A stretch of 64,000 bases of DNA from Bacteroidales bacterium (GCA_050179935.1 JBFXEQ010000010.1:2353-66352), one strand, 5' to 3'; positions 28,549 through 38,600 are shown, counted from the first letter of the stretch. Notes: generated by a model not told the origin, from the letters alone. Made by a program: numbers and translations.

Positions 28549-29598
28549 ATGGCAAAGATAAATCCTGATTTTGCAAAAGAAATTTTTAAATATGGGAATA
28601 CTGATTTCCAAGCATGTTATAATTGTGGTAATTGCACAGCTGTATGTAGTTTATCTGATGAAAATAATTCTTTTCCCCGAAAAATGGTAAGAGCAAGTGT
28701 TTTAGGATTAGAAAAAAACATTCAGAGTTCATTAGATCCCTGGCTATGTTATTATTGCGGTGAATGTTCAACAACCTGTCCCCGTGGAGCTAATCCTGGA
28801 GAGCTAATGATGAGCTTACGTCGATGGTTAACTGCTAAATACGATTGGACAGGACTTTCGGGTTTGTTGTATAGATATCTGCCTGTTACAATTTTTGCAT
28901 TTATTATAACTGCTCTAGCGGTGCTATTTTTTGCTGCTGCTAAAAACTTCGATGTCGGAACCATTATGCATTTTGGTCATCAGTTCGAAATGTGGGCAAT
29001 CATTGGTGTTTTTACAATTATTTTAATTCCGAACCTTGCCCGCATGTGGTGGTTTGTAATACTTAAACCAAAAATTAAGGTTACGTTTATGACCTATGTA
29101 AAAACTATGGGTGAGTTATTTATCCATATGTTTACTCAGAAAAGAACACTCGGCTGTGACGACAGCCAGTCACGATGGTTTATTCATCTGGTTATTGTTT
29201 TTGGGTATTTACTTCTCTTGTTTACAACGGTTGTTCTCGATTGGTTCGGAACAAGGAATATGTTTATTATCATTCTTGGTTATGTCGAAAGCATTGTTCT
29301 TTTTACACTAACATTTATTTTTGTTAGAGGTAGAATTATTAAGAACCAGGAACAAAATAAATTTTCGCAACCATCCGATTGGTTATTTGTGATATGGCTG
29401 TTCTTAATGGCTTTTACAGCATTTGCAGTTCGAATATTTATCGATTTGAATTTGATCGAAACCAACTTATGGTTATACCTTTTTCATTTAATTATACTGG
29501 TTCAGTGGGCAGTGCTTATTGTTCCTTTTGGTAAATGGACACATTTCTTGTACCGTTCATTCGCAATGTATTTTGATAAATTAAAACAGCCTGCATAA
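28549..29598 (+). CDS. QmoC-like protein: HdrC-type 2x[4Fe-4S] domain plus a cytochrome-b/NarI-like membrane domain
   Basis: CYNCGNCTAVC, PWLCYYCGECSTTCPRG, then several TM helices with His (FIHM, WFIHL, LFHL, PFGKWTH). Confidence 0.8.
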   Translation: MAKINPDFAKEIFKYGNTDFQACYNCGNCTAVCSLSDENNSFPRKMVRASVLGLEKNIQSSLDPWLCYYCGECSTTCPRGANPGELMMSLRRWLTAKYDWTGLSGLLYRYLPVTIFAFIITALAVLFFAAAKNFDVGTIMHFGHQFEMWAIIGVFTIILIPNLARMWWFVILKPKIKVTFMTYVKTMGELFIHMFTQKRTLGCDDSQSRWFIHLVIVFGYLLLLFTTVVLDWFGTRNMFIIILGYVESIVLFTLTFIFVRGRIIKNQEQNKFSQPSDWLFVIWLFLMAFTAFAVRIFIDLNLIETNLWLYLFHLIILVQWAVLIVPFGKWTHFLYRSFAMYFDKLKQPA

Positions 29599-29622
29599 TA
29601 TAGATAAGTTGTTTTAAAATTC

Positions 29623-29651
29623 AAAAGGAGGTTGTTTTAACCTCCTTTTTT
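29623..29651. terminator. Bidirectional Rho-independent terminator ending the Hdr/Qmo-like operon
   Basis: AAAAGGAGGTT-GTTTT-AACCTCCTTTTTT. Confidence 0.85.
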
Positions 29652-29661
29652 CTTTACCACC

Positions 29662-30057
29662 CTAATCTCCCTTAAAATTGATTTTGTACGGACCTTTATT
29701 TTTGTGGTCTAAAGGAATATCCGGAATCCATTCAAATGGAAAAATGTCTGATTCTTCAAGTCCGGTTTTTTCGTAAAAATCAGGTTCTCCCAGTTTATAC
29801 CATACGCCATCAATTTTTATATATATACTATCACTTATTAATAATGGCTCTTCTGTTTTTTGCAACCTGAAACTTGCATTAAGCTCCTGTCCGTTTGCCA
29901 ATAAAATTTTCCCCCCACATTCATATTTTCTTCCATCAATTGGTATTCGCTTAAAACTTTCCTTTTTTGAAGCACAAGGACCAATCCAAACGAAAACATC
30001 TTCTTTTTCGGCAATCTGAATTGAATACTTCTTAATATCCTCGATTTTTAGGGGCAT
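29662..30057 (-). CDS. Hypothetical protein
   Basis: 131-aa ORF with ATG start, bounded by a terminator; no recognised motif. Confidence 0.7.
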   Translation of the reverse strand: MPLKIEDIKKYSIQIAEKEDVFVWIGPCASKKESFKRIPIDGRKYECGGKILLANGQELNASFRLQKTEEPLLISDSIYIKIDGVWYKLGEPDFYEKTGLEESDIFPFEWIPDIPLDHKNKGPYKINFKGD

Positions 30058-30136
30058 CCTCTTTTTTAAATGCTAAAGTATGTTAAAACATGTTCTTTAG
30101 CATAAAATATAAGAAATCCTTCATCAATTTAAAAAC

Positions 30137-30148
30137 TGATTTATGTCA
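30137..30148. promoter_or_regulatory. Possible Crp/Fnr-type box upstream of the 131-aa gene
   Basis: TGAT-TTAT-GTCA (one mismatch to the core). Confidence 0.4.
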
Positions 30149-30241
30149 GGTTTTGTAGAGTTTAATTCTAGTAATAGAATATAATAGGTAAGAGAAAAAT
30201 GGCTTAGAAAAGTTGATTGACCGAAAAAAAACTACAAAAAT

Positions 30242-32254
30242 TTAATTCATTTCAGTACCGGTTAGCTTTTCATATTCTTCGCGCATAAGCTTTAGCTCTT
30301 CGAAATTTTGGCGAATTTCTTCCTCTTTTTCGCTCATTATTTGTTCTTGTTCTTTGTATTTTTCAATGAGCTGAAGGTTTTTTTCATTCATTCGGGTGTT
30401 GTTAAGCTGTGCAGCTATATTTAGAGCTATACGTTTAATAAATTCTGTTTCTAGTTCTGTAAGTGGTTTAAAACTTGCTATTTCCATCATTCCAAAAACA
30501 TTGTTTTCAATACTTAGCGGTACAATAATTAAAGAATTTGGCTTTGATTCGCCCAAGCCTGATTTTATTTTAATATAATTTTCGGGAATGTTATTTATTA
30601 CCATAACTCTGTTTTCTGTAAATGCAGCTCCGATCATCCCGGTATTGGTATGAATTTTCGCTTTTTGCTCTCTTGTTTCGTTACTGCATCCATAGTCTGA
30701 GATTAACTCCAGGTAAGGCTCTGTGTTTTCGAACTGATTAAGCATGTATAATACTCCAAAATTTGCACCTACATACTTAACTAACTTCGACAAAACCTTA
30801 TCGCTTAGCGCAGTAAAATCGTTTTTGTTATCAGCCAGTATATTGTTAATCTGAGCAATACCATTGTTTATCCAGCTTTGCTGTTGTTCTTTCTTTTGAT
30901 GAAGAATTAAAAGATCATGCTGCGATTGTAATTCTTTTGTACGTTCGAAAATGTTTTTCTCCAGATTTTCTTTTTCATGAGTTAGCTGGTTACTTAAATG
31001 TTCGTTTTGATTTATTGCTTTGGCAGATTTATATGTAATAGTTATTGACTGGATTACCATAAAAGTTACAAGGCCATATGGAGCAACATAAGCTGTCTGG
31101 ATTATTCCCATACTGCTTAATACATCATTAATGGCTGTTGCATAAAGAATAAACATCCCAATAAAAGTAAACAAAGCTGTTTCGCGTTTGCGCAGAGCAG
31201 CCAGCAGAAGTACTCCAAAGGTAACATACAAGCCTCCTATAAGTATATAAATCTCGAATAAAGTCCTAAATTTTCCATAAAAATTTGCAGGAGTAATAAA
31301 AACCAGAAGTGTCACAAAAATACCAAATGCGATTAAAGCATTCTTCATTATTTTAGGGAAATCGTCTTTAAATAAGCTGTAAAAAAATAACGCAAATAAT
31401 GGAATGGTTCCGAAGCCTGAAAAATTATCAAGTTTTACCAGCAACTCCCAGTTAATATTTGGGAAGATATACGTTATTATGCGGTCTTCTGTCGATATGT
31501 TTCTCAAAATCATTACAATACAAACAATACTAAAATATAAATTAGAAATATCGTTTCGACGGAATAAATACATATTCAGGTGATTTATTCCGATTACGAG
31601 GATTATCCCAATAATAATAAGATTGAGAATATCCATCCATCTCGACGAAGCTCTTAAATTATCAAAAGTTCCAAAATAAATTGGTTTTTGCAACCCGGCT
31701 CTTTGATGCGAGTAATTTGAAACCTGCATTATAATCTCTACTTTTTCTGTGGGGCCTTTATCCGGATCTAACACAAATGGTATATCCTGATATTTAAATT
31801 TAGGTTTTGAGTTACTTTCGATATTACTTACAGCTCCAACTTCTGTTAATAATTCACCATTTACCCATAATTTATAGTTTGTAAAAACAGATGATATTTT
31901 TAATCCGTAAATTTTCTTTTTACTATCGGGAATTTTTTTAATAATTATTCGGTAAGTAGCATAGCCTTTATTCGATAGTTTGGTGTTTTTAATAGTATAT
32001 GTGGTCCATGATTTAGGTATCTTAACATAAGTAGGAATAACAGCTTCTTTTTCAGAAATAAAATCCTTAGGTTCTAATAGTTGTTTCCAATAAAATTCAC
32101 ATTCACCTTGAAGCTTAATGTTTTTAGATTTTTCAATATCAATAACACTTAAATCTAATAAACCTTCTTTTATAGGTTTATTGATTGCCGAATTGGCAAC
32201 AAGAGAACTTAAAACCAGCGAAATACTTAGAAATAAAAATAATCTGATCTTCAT
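30242..32254 (-). CDS. 7TM-DISM receptor protein with a GAF domain and coiled coils
   Basis: Signal peptide, LQGECEFYWKQL...GYATYR extracellular domain, seven TM segments, GAF (GMIGAAF...SLIIVPL...GMMEIAS), C-terminal EEEIRQNFEEL coil. Confidence 0.85.
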   Translation of the reverse strand: MKIRLFLFLSISLVLSSLVANSAINKPIKEGLLDLSVIDIEKSKNIKLQGECEFYWKQLLEPKDFISEKEAVIPTYVKIPKSWTTYTIKNTKLSNKGYATYRIIIKKIPDSKKKIYGLKISSVFTNYKLWVNGELLTEVGAVSNIESNSKPKFKYQDIPFVLDPDKGPTEKVEIIMQVSNYSHQRAGLQKPIYFGTFDNLRASSRWMDILNLIIIGIILVIGINHLNMYLFRRNDISNLYFSIVCIVMILRNISTEDRIITYIFPNINWELLVKLDNFSGFGTIPLFALFFYSLFKDDFPKIMKNALIAFGIFVTLLVFITPANFYGKFRTLFEIYILIGGLYVTFGVLLLAALRKRETALFTFIGMFILYATAINDVLSSMGIIQTAYVAPYGLVTFMVIQSITITYKSAKAINQNEHLSNQLTHEKENLEKNIFERTKELQSQHDLLILHQKKEQQQSWINNGIAQINNILADNKNDFTALSDKVLSKLVKYVGANFGVLYMLNQFENTEPYLELISDYGCSNETREQKAKIHTNTGMIGAAFTENRVMVINNIPENYIKIKSGLGESKPNSLIIVPLSIENNVFGMMEIASFKPLTELETEFIKRIALNIAAQLNNTRMNEKNLQLIEKYKEQEQIMSEKEEEIRQNFEELKLMREEYEKLTGTEMN

Positions 32255-32406
32255 GAAGTTGTTTTTACAAAAACCAAAGGTTAAATCTAAGATTTTTTTT
32301 TAAAATGTAGTATAACAATTGAAATCATTTTTTAGTTGAGAGATAAATCGCTGAACAAAAACAATAAATTTATAGTTTTATAAGTAGATTGAAAAAGCTA
32401 TAGGTG

Positions 32407-33534
32407 ATGGAAGAAAAAAATCAACCAATAAAAAGTAGCTTAAAAGAAATAGGGCTATTGTTTCTTAAATTAGGAAGTATAGCCTTTGGTGGTCCTGCGG
32501 CTCATATTGCCATGATGGAGGATGAGGTTGTTAAAAAGCGCAAGTGGATGAGTCATGAACATTTTCTTGATTTGGTGGGTGCTACAAATCTAATTCCAGG
32601 ACCAAACTCCACCGAAATGACCATGCATTGTGGAAATGAACGTGCAGGATGGAAAGGTCTGGTTGTGGCTGGCGTTTCGTTCATATTGCCTGCTGTAATT
32701 ATTACTATGGTATTTGCGTTTTTATATCAGAAATATGGTAAGTTACCAGAGATGGAACCATTTATATATGGGATCAAACCTGCTGTAATCTCAATTATTG
32801 TTTTTGCTGTTTATAATCTGGGGAAAAAAGCATTAAAAAATATAGAACTTGGAATACTTGGTGCTGCCACGTTGTTAGCTACTCTCCTTGGAGTAAATGA
32901 AATTGCAGCTTTATTTGTTGCTGGATTTTTGGGTTTGGTGCTTTACTTTATAAAATCGAGTACAAAAAATATACATGGATTTGTTCCCTTTTTGAGTTTT
33001 TCATTTTTCCAATCACTAAACCTTAACATTTTTTGGATTTTTTTAAAAGTAGGTTCAATACTTTATGGTAGTGGATATGTGTTGTTTGCTTTTTTAGATT
33101 CCGAATTAGTAACAACAGGATTATTGTCGAGGCAGGAACTTATTGATGCCATTGCTGTTGGTCAGTTTACTCCTGGTCCGGTATTATCAACAGCTACTTT
33201 TGTAGGTTGGCAGTTGAATGGTTTTTTGGGAGCGATTCTGGCAACTATCGGTATTTTTATACCTTCGTTTCTTTTTGTAGCCTTGCTTAATCCTATCATT
33301 CCGAAATTACGCAAATCAAAGTATATGTCAGCCTTTTTGGATGCGATAAATATTGCATCAGTGGCAGTAATTTTATCTGTTACTATAGTTATGAGTAAAG
33401 AAACAATTACTGATTGGCGAACCATTGCTATTGCATTGCTAAGTTTTGGTGCTATAATCGTTTTTAAAAAATTAAATTCAGCCTTTGTTGTAATTGTAGG
33501 TGTTTTGGCCGGTTATATTCTTTATTTTGTTTGA
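32407..33534 (+). CDS. chrA: Chromate efflux transporter (long-chain CHR family)
   Basis: FLKLGSIAFGGPAAH, NLIPGPNS, YGSGYV, GQFTPGP. Confidence 0.93.
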   Translation: MEEKNQPIKSSLKEIGLLFLKLGSIAFGGPAAHIAMMEDEVVKKRKWMSHEHFLDLVGATNLIPGPNSTEMTMHCGNERAGWKGLVVAGVSFILPAVIITMVFAFLYQKYGKLPEMEPFIYGIKPAVISIIVFAVYNLGKKALKNIELGILGAATLLATLLGVNEIAALFVAGFLGLVLYFIKSSTKNIHGFVPFLSFSFFQSLNLNIFWIFLKVGSILYGSGYVLFAFLDSELVTTGLLSRQELIDAIAVGQFTPGPVLSTATFVGWQLNGFLGAILATIGIFIPSFLFVALLNPIIPKLRKSKYMSAFLDAINIASVAVILSVTIVMSKETITDWRTIAIALLSFGAIIVFKKLNSAFVVIVGVLAGYILYFV

Positions 33535-33548
33535 TTTTCTCTAATATA

Positions 33549-33579
33549 ACCCTACGAGGGTTTTAAACCCTCGCAGGGT
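33549..33579. repeat. REP-like hairpin, copy 1 (may also act as terminator)
   Basis: ACCCTACGAGGGTTT-T-AAACCCTCGCAGGGT between convergent genes. Confidence 0.75.
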
Positions 33580-33592
33580 AAGTTTAGTTTGC

Positions 33593-34705
33593 TTATTTTA
33601 CCACCATCATCGTTTTAACCTGATGTTCTTTATCTGTATCGATTGTTATATAATAGATTCCATTCGACAAATTTTCAGATGTAATATCAAATTTATAAGT
33701 TCCTGATGCATTATTTTCGTTTACAAGCGTTGAAATGGTTTGCCCTTGAAGATCTTTTATCTGCAAAATAACCAGAGAACTTTCTTTCAACGTAAATTGT
33801 ATTGTTGTTGATTCTGAAAATGGATTCGGATAGTTTTGTTCAAGTATTAAGGCCGATTCAGCTATTGGTGTTTCAATTCCTGTGGCTGTCATCGATGGAC
33901 TTCCAGCCGTAACCCATGCTGTATAAATTAATTCGGCCAATGCATGTGATGCATCTTTAAATAGTTTTATAGTAAAATGTTTAGAATAATTCCAAAGAGC
34001 TGTTTTGTATTGGTCTGAGTAATAATCACTTGAAATGCTTTTTGCATAATCATCAGCTGCAATTACCGAATCAACATAAATATAATTTGAATAAATATAA
34101 TTGAACACATACTGGTTTACATCTTCTACAAAAGCAATGTTTTCTCCTGAGTAGTTTATTTGCGAAATATACGAATTGATCATAGTTGATTCGTATCGGC
34201 TGTGAATTCCATCATTATCAGTATCATAACCATTATAGTTTCTAGTAATATGCAAAGGCATATGTCCATCGGCAACATAATGTCCCAAATCGGAAGCAAA
34301 CAAAACAGCTTTACTCCAGTCTTTTCGCTGAAAACAATTTTTTAACGAATCAAAAGCTGTAATAGTGGCCCAGGGCAGAATCCCATTATCGTAAACAAAG
34401 TAACTACTATGAGCTGCAATAGCTCCGCTTAAGGTCTGCGGTATTGTTCCATTCGAATTAAATTCAGAATAGTTATCAATGTCGATATAATGTTTTGGAG
34501 CTTCATTTGGATCATCATCTTTACGGTAATCGGCATCGGATGCATGATTGGCTAAGGTATTTATCCATGTGTTAAACTGGCTCATCTCTTGATTAAAAGA
34601 CAAAGATGCTGCATAGTTTATTTTGTAATGTCCTGTTCCGCCCCAGCTTATGAATATAAAAGCAAGAATTATTATTGAAATGCTAAAAAGTAATTGTTTT
34701 TTCAA
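33593..34705 (-). CDS. S1/P1 nuclease (phospholipase C/P1 fold) with a T9SS type A sorting domain
   Basis: Mature N-terminus WGGTGH, HYIDID, HYVADGHMPLH, IHSRYE; C-terminal QNYPNPFSESTTI...GIYYI; TTG start. Confidence 0.85.
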   Translation of the reverse strand: MKKQLLFSISIIILAFIFISWGGTGHYKINYAASLSFNQEMSQFNTWINTLANHASDADYRKDDDPNEAPKHYIDIDNYSEFNSNGTIPQTLSGAIAAHSSYFVYDNGILPWATITAFDSLKNCFQRKDWSKAVLFASDLGHYVADGHMPLHITRNYNGYDTDNDGIHSRYESTMINSYISQINYSGENIAFVEDVNQYVFNYIYSNYIYVDSVIAADDYAKSISSDYYSDQYKTALWNYSKHFTIKLFKDASHALAELIYTAWVTAGSPSMTATGIETPIAESALILEQNYPNPFSESTTIQFTLKESSLVILQIKDLQGQTISTLVNENNASGTYKFDITSENLSNGIYYITIDTDKEHQVKTMMVVK

Positions 34706-34729
34706 AATGATCTGTTTTAATGAATTTTA

Positions 34730-34737
34730 CAAAGGTA
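34730..34737 (-). promoter_or_regulatory. -7 promoter element for the S1/P1 nuclease gene
   Basis: Minus strand TACCTTTG 24 nt upstream of the start codon. Confidence 0.5.
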
Positions 34738-34832
34738 ACCCAATTAGTAAGAACCTGTTTATCTGAGAAATAGTAAAAACTATTTTTTTACAGGGATTTT
34801 TTGGATATTTGTTCTGTTTAAAAACGAAAAAT

Positions 34833-35525
34833 ATGAAAATTATTGGCTTGCTTGGAGGCATGAGTTGGGAATCATCACTTGTTTATTACAAAATTGTAAA
34901 TGAAAAAGTAAAAGAAAAGCTTGGTGGACATCATTCGTGCGAATGTGTTATGTACTCAGTCGACTTTGATATAATAAAGAAACTTCAGTTCGAAGGAAAC
35001 TGGGATGAGCTAAAGCGAATTATGATTGATGCAGCAAAAAAAATTGAACGTGGTGGAGCTGAAATGCTTACTATTTGCACTAATACAATGCATAAAATGG
35101 TTTCCGATATTGAAAAAAACATTTCGATTCCAATAGTTCATATTGCTGATGCAACGGCAGAAGTAATAAAAACAAAGGGAATTAAAAAAGTGGCTTTGCT
35201 TGGTACCCGTTTTACTATGGAACAGGATTTTTATAAAGGTCGGTTAATTGAAAATCATGGAATTGATGTTGTTATTCCTGAAGGAGATGATCTCGAAAAA
35301 GTACACAATATCATTTACAATGAGTTGGTATTGGGTGAAATTAAACAATCCTCAAAAGAAATTTACAAACTAGTAATTCAAAAACTTGTCGAAAGAGGAG
35401 CGGAGGGAGTAATTCTAGGCTGTACAGAAATACCTTTGCTTATTCAACAGGAGGATTGCTCTGTTCCTGTTTTCGATACCACACAAATTCATGCTGAGAA
35501 AACCGTTGAGTTTGCGTTGAGATAA
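34833..35525 (+). CDS. Aspartate/glutamate racemase family protein (YgeA/RacX-like)
   Basis: IGLLGGMSWESS, CTNTMH, LLGTRFTM, LGCTEI. Start placed at ATG 34833. Confidence 0.93.
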   Translation: MKIIGLLGGMSWESSLVYYKIVNEKVKEKLGGHHSCECVMYSVDFDIIKKLQFEGNWDELKRIMIDAAKKIERGGAEMLTICTNTMHKMVSDIEKNISIPIVHIADATAEVIKTKGIKKVALLGTRFTMEQDFYKGRLIENHGIDVVIPEGDDLEKVHNIIYNELVLGEIKQSSKEIYKLVIQKLVERGAEGVILGCTEIPLLIQQEDCSVPVFDTTQIHAEKTVEFALR

Positions 35526-35547
35526 ACTTACCGATTTCTTTTGTAGG

Positions 35548-35586
35548 AATAGCCCTACGAGGGTTTCAAACCCTCGTAGGGCTATT
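35548..35586. repeat. REP-like hairpin, copy 2 (probable terminator of the racemase gene)
   Basis: AATAGCCCTACGAGGGTTT-C-AAACCCTCGTAGGGCTATT perfect stem followed by a T tract. Confidence 0.8.
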
Positions 35587-35648
35587 TTTGTTTTTTTATA
35601 TAACTATTTCATAATATCTTACGTCGAACTCAGTTTAATTAATAAAAA

Positions 35649-35681
35649 ATCCCGACGAGGGTTAAAAACCTTCGTCGGGAT
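35649..35681. repeat. REP-like hairpin, copy 3 (probable terminator of the endonuclease gene)
   Basis: ATCCCGACGAGGGTT-AAA-AACCTTCGTCGGGAT preceded by an A tract. Confidence 0.7.
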
Positions 35682-35695
35682 AATAAAAAAAGAAA

Positions 35696-38600
35696 TTATT
35701 TCTTAATAAATTGTTTTACTAATGGTTCTTTTTCATCATCTACCGAAATGATGTATGAACCTGCAGGTAACTCAGAAATATTAATTTCTTTGTCACTTCC
35801 TTCAATATCAACAGATTTAATAAGTATTCCAATCAAATTATAAATGCGGATTTTACCATACATCGTTCCATTATTAACTCCAACAGTGACATAATCAATT
35901 GCTGGATTTGGCCAAATCATAATCTGGGTATTGTCCTCGTTACCTAGTACCTCAGCAAATGGAGTTTCTTCAGATAAATTAATCATGGCTGCATTTACAA
36001 CATTTACTGTATAATCTTCCACTTCGCCATAACTGAATGTTTCGCAAGCAGTTGGTGCAGCATTATATTTCATGGTTACACGCATTCTTGTTGATCCAAG
36101 TAAAGCAGTCGAAGGAACTGTGAATGTATATGACAATGTAGCACTACTACTTGATGAACCAGCTACCATTTGTTCAGTAGTTTCAAATGTGCCATTTTGG
36201 TTCCAGTCAATCCAAACTCTCCAGTATTCTGTATAGGTACTGCTTTTAAATCCGCAACTTACGTTAATAGTTGTACTAGCACCAAGGGTAACGGTTGCAA
36301 TTTTAGTCGCAGTAAAGTTTCCATAACCTGCATTTGCAGCAGTGGTATTAGTCATACCACCATAAGCAATATAATCAATCCATTCGTAAGTTACATTGCT
36401 TCCTTTAGATGCACAATAAGTTACTGATGTTGCCAATGTAGTTACACTTTTTGCAGTACTTGCAGCCGAAACATTACCGGCAGCATCTTTGGCTTTCACT
36501 GTAAACGAATAAGTAGTTGCAGCAGTTAGGCCAATTGCACTATAACTTGTTGTTGTAGAAGTAGAAAGTAAAGTACCATTTTTATAAATTTCATAACCTG
36601 TAACACCAACATTGTCAGTTGAAGCTGTCCATGAAATAGTAGCTGATGTAGAAGTAATATTTGAAGAAACTAAACTAGTTGGAGCTGTTGGAGCTTGAGT
36701 ATCAGGAACTGCAGCACCAAAAGTAACGGTATAATCTTCAACCTCACCATAACTGAATGTTTCACAAGCAGTTTGAGCAGCATTGTATTTCATAGATACT
36801 CTCATACGGGTTGTTCCAGTTGCAGTAGAAGAAACTACTAATGTTCCTGTTTCAACAGTATTAATTAAAGCACCACCATCAAATGCCAATTCGTTCGCAT
36901 CATCAAAATCTTTATCGTTGTTGTAATCGATCCAGATTTTCCAGTACTCATTGTATGCCGAACTTGCAAAGCCTGGAGTTAATGATACACTGTATGAGCT
37001 ACCAGGAGTTAAGGTAATCGTTTTACTTGTAAAATCAGTATAACCGGCAGCAGTAGATGTATTTGAGAAAGAGCCTATTACAACTTTTGAAATCCATTCG
37101 TAGCTATAATTGCTTCCTTGTGATGTACAATAACTTGCTGTTTCAGAAAGTGTTGTAACGCTTTTTGCAGTACTTGCAGCAGAAACATTACCGGCAGCAT
37201 CTTTCGCTTTAACTGTAAACGAATAAGTAGTAGCAGCAGTTAAACCAGTAACATTGTAACTAGTTGCAGTTGATGTACCTTTTAATGTTCCGTTTTGATA
37301 GATTTCATAACCTGTAACACCAACATTATCTGTTGAAGCAGTCCAGCTTAATGTAAAGGTTGTTTGAGTAATACTTGCTGAAACTAAACTTGTTGGAGCA
37401 GTTGGTGCTTGTGTGTCAGTTGCAGCCAATGTGGTAACACTTTTAGCAGTACTTGCAGCAGAAACATTACCAGCAGCATCTTTCGCTTTAACTGTAAACG
37501 AATAAGTAGTTGCAGCAGTTAAACCAGTTACACTGTAACTTGTTGTTGTTGAAGTACCTTTTAAAGTTCCGTTTTGATAGATTTCATATCCTGTAACACC
37601 AACATTATCTGTTGAAGCAGTCCAGCTTAATGTAAAGGTTGTTTGAGTAATACTGGCAGCAGCTAAATTAGTTGGAGCAGTTGGTGCTTGAGTATCTGTT
37701 GTTCCTCCATCAACAGTGTGTGTTCCTAAATAGGTATATGTATCAATTGGGTAACTTGTCCATTGAGTTGCAGAATAGGTTGCACTTGGGGCATAAACAG
37801 TTGATTTTCTTACTAGTGTTACATCTGCAGCAAAAACAGCTGTGCTGTTAAATACGCCAATAATATCAATCAATGTTCCATTCTTGAATAATCCAACAGG
37901 ATCATTGCCATTAAATGTTAATGCATCAACACCAGTTATAAGGTCCGCAACAGCAATCATAGTAGCAGAAGCAGATGTATTTACAATTACATAAACATCG
38001 CCATTTGCTAATGTCCCACTTAAAGCTAACTGAGTACTCCAATCTCCTGCACCATTGATTTGTTTACGAATCGCATAATTCGATAAATCAACTGAGGCTC
38101 CTGTAAAGTTGGCAATTTCAAGGCCTTTGTTGTTTGATGATCCTTCAATATATTCTGAGAAAATCAGGTCGCTAATAATTCCTGTTCCACCGCCAGTTTC
38201 AGTCTGTTTAACAACTGTGTTGCTTGCTGCACTTGTTCCATAGGTATTGTAAGCTGTAATATAATAGTAGTAGTTTTGACCTGAGACAACAGCTGCATCA
38301 GAATAACTTACAATATCTGCGGTTAGTGTGGTTAGCAATGTAAAGTTTGATCCTGTAGTAGATTTGTAGATTTTATAACCAGTTTCGTTTGTAACATTAT
38401 TCCATGTAAGATTAATTGAGCTAGTTGTTGATGTTGCAGCTAATGTTGGAGTATTTGGAGCTGTATTAACAGGTGTAAGTCCCCAAGCTCTTGCTACGAT
38501 ATCAGGATAATCAATGTATGGATTTCTGTCGCCCTGATAAGTTTCAATCTGTCCGTTTCGTTCAATTTCCTTAGCATCCACAGGATCAGATAAGTGCCAT

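Noticed and set aside
25039-29598. Evidence for methanogenesis or dissimilatory sulfate reduction; selenocysteine recoding
   Set aside because: HdrA-family genes alone do not show this, and no hdrB/apr/dsrAB is in the window. The ORFs are intact with no in-frame TGA.
33549-35681. CRISPR array
   Set aside because: The hairpins are irregularly spaced, separated by whole genes, not identical, and no cas genes are present.
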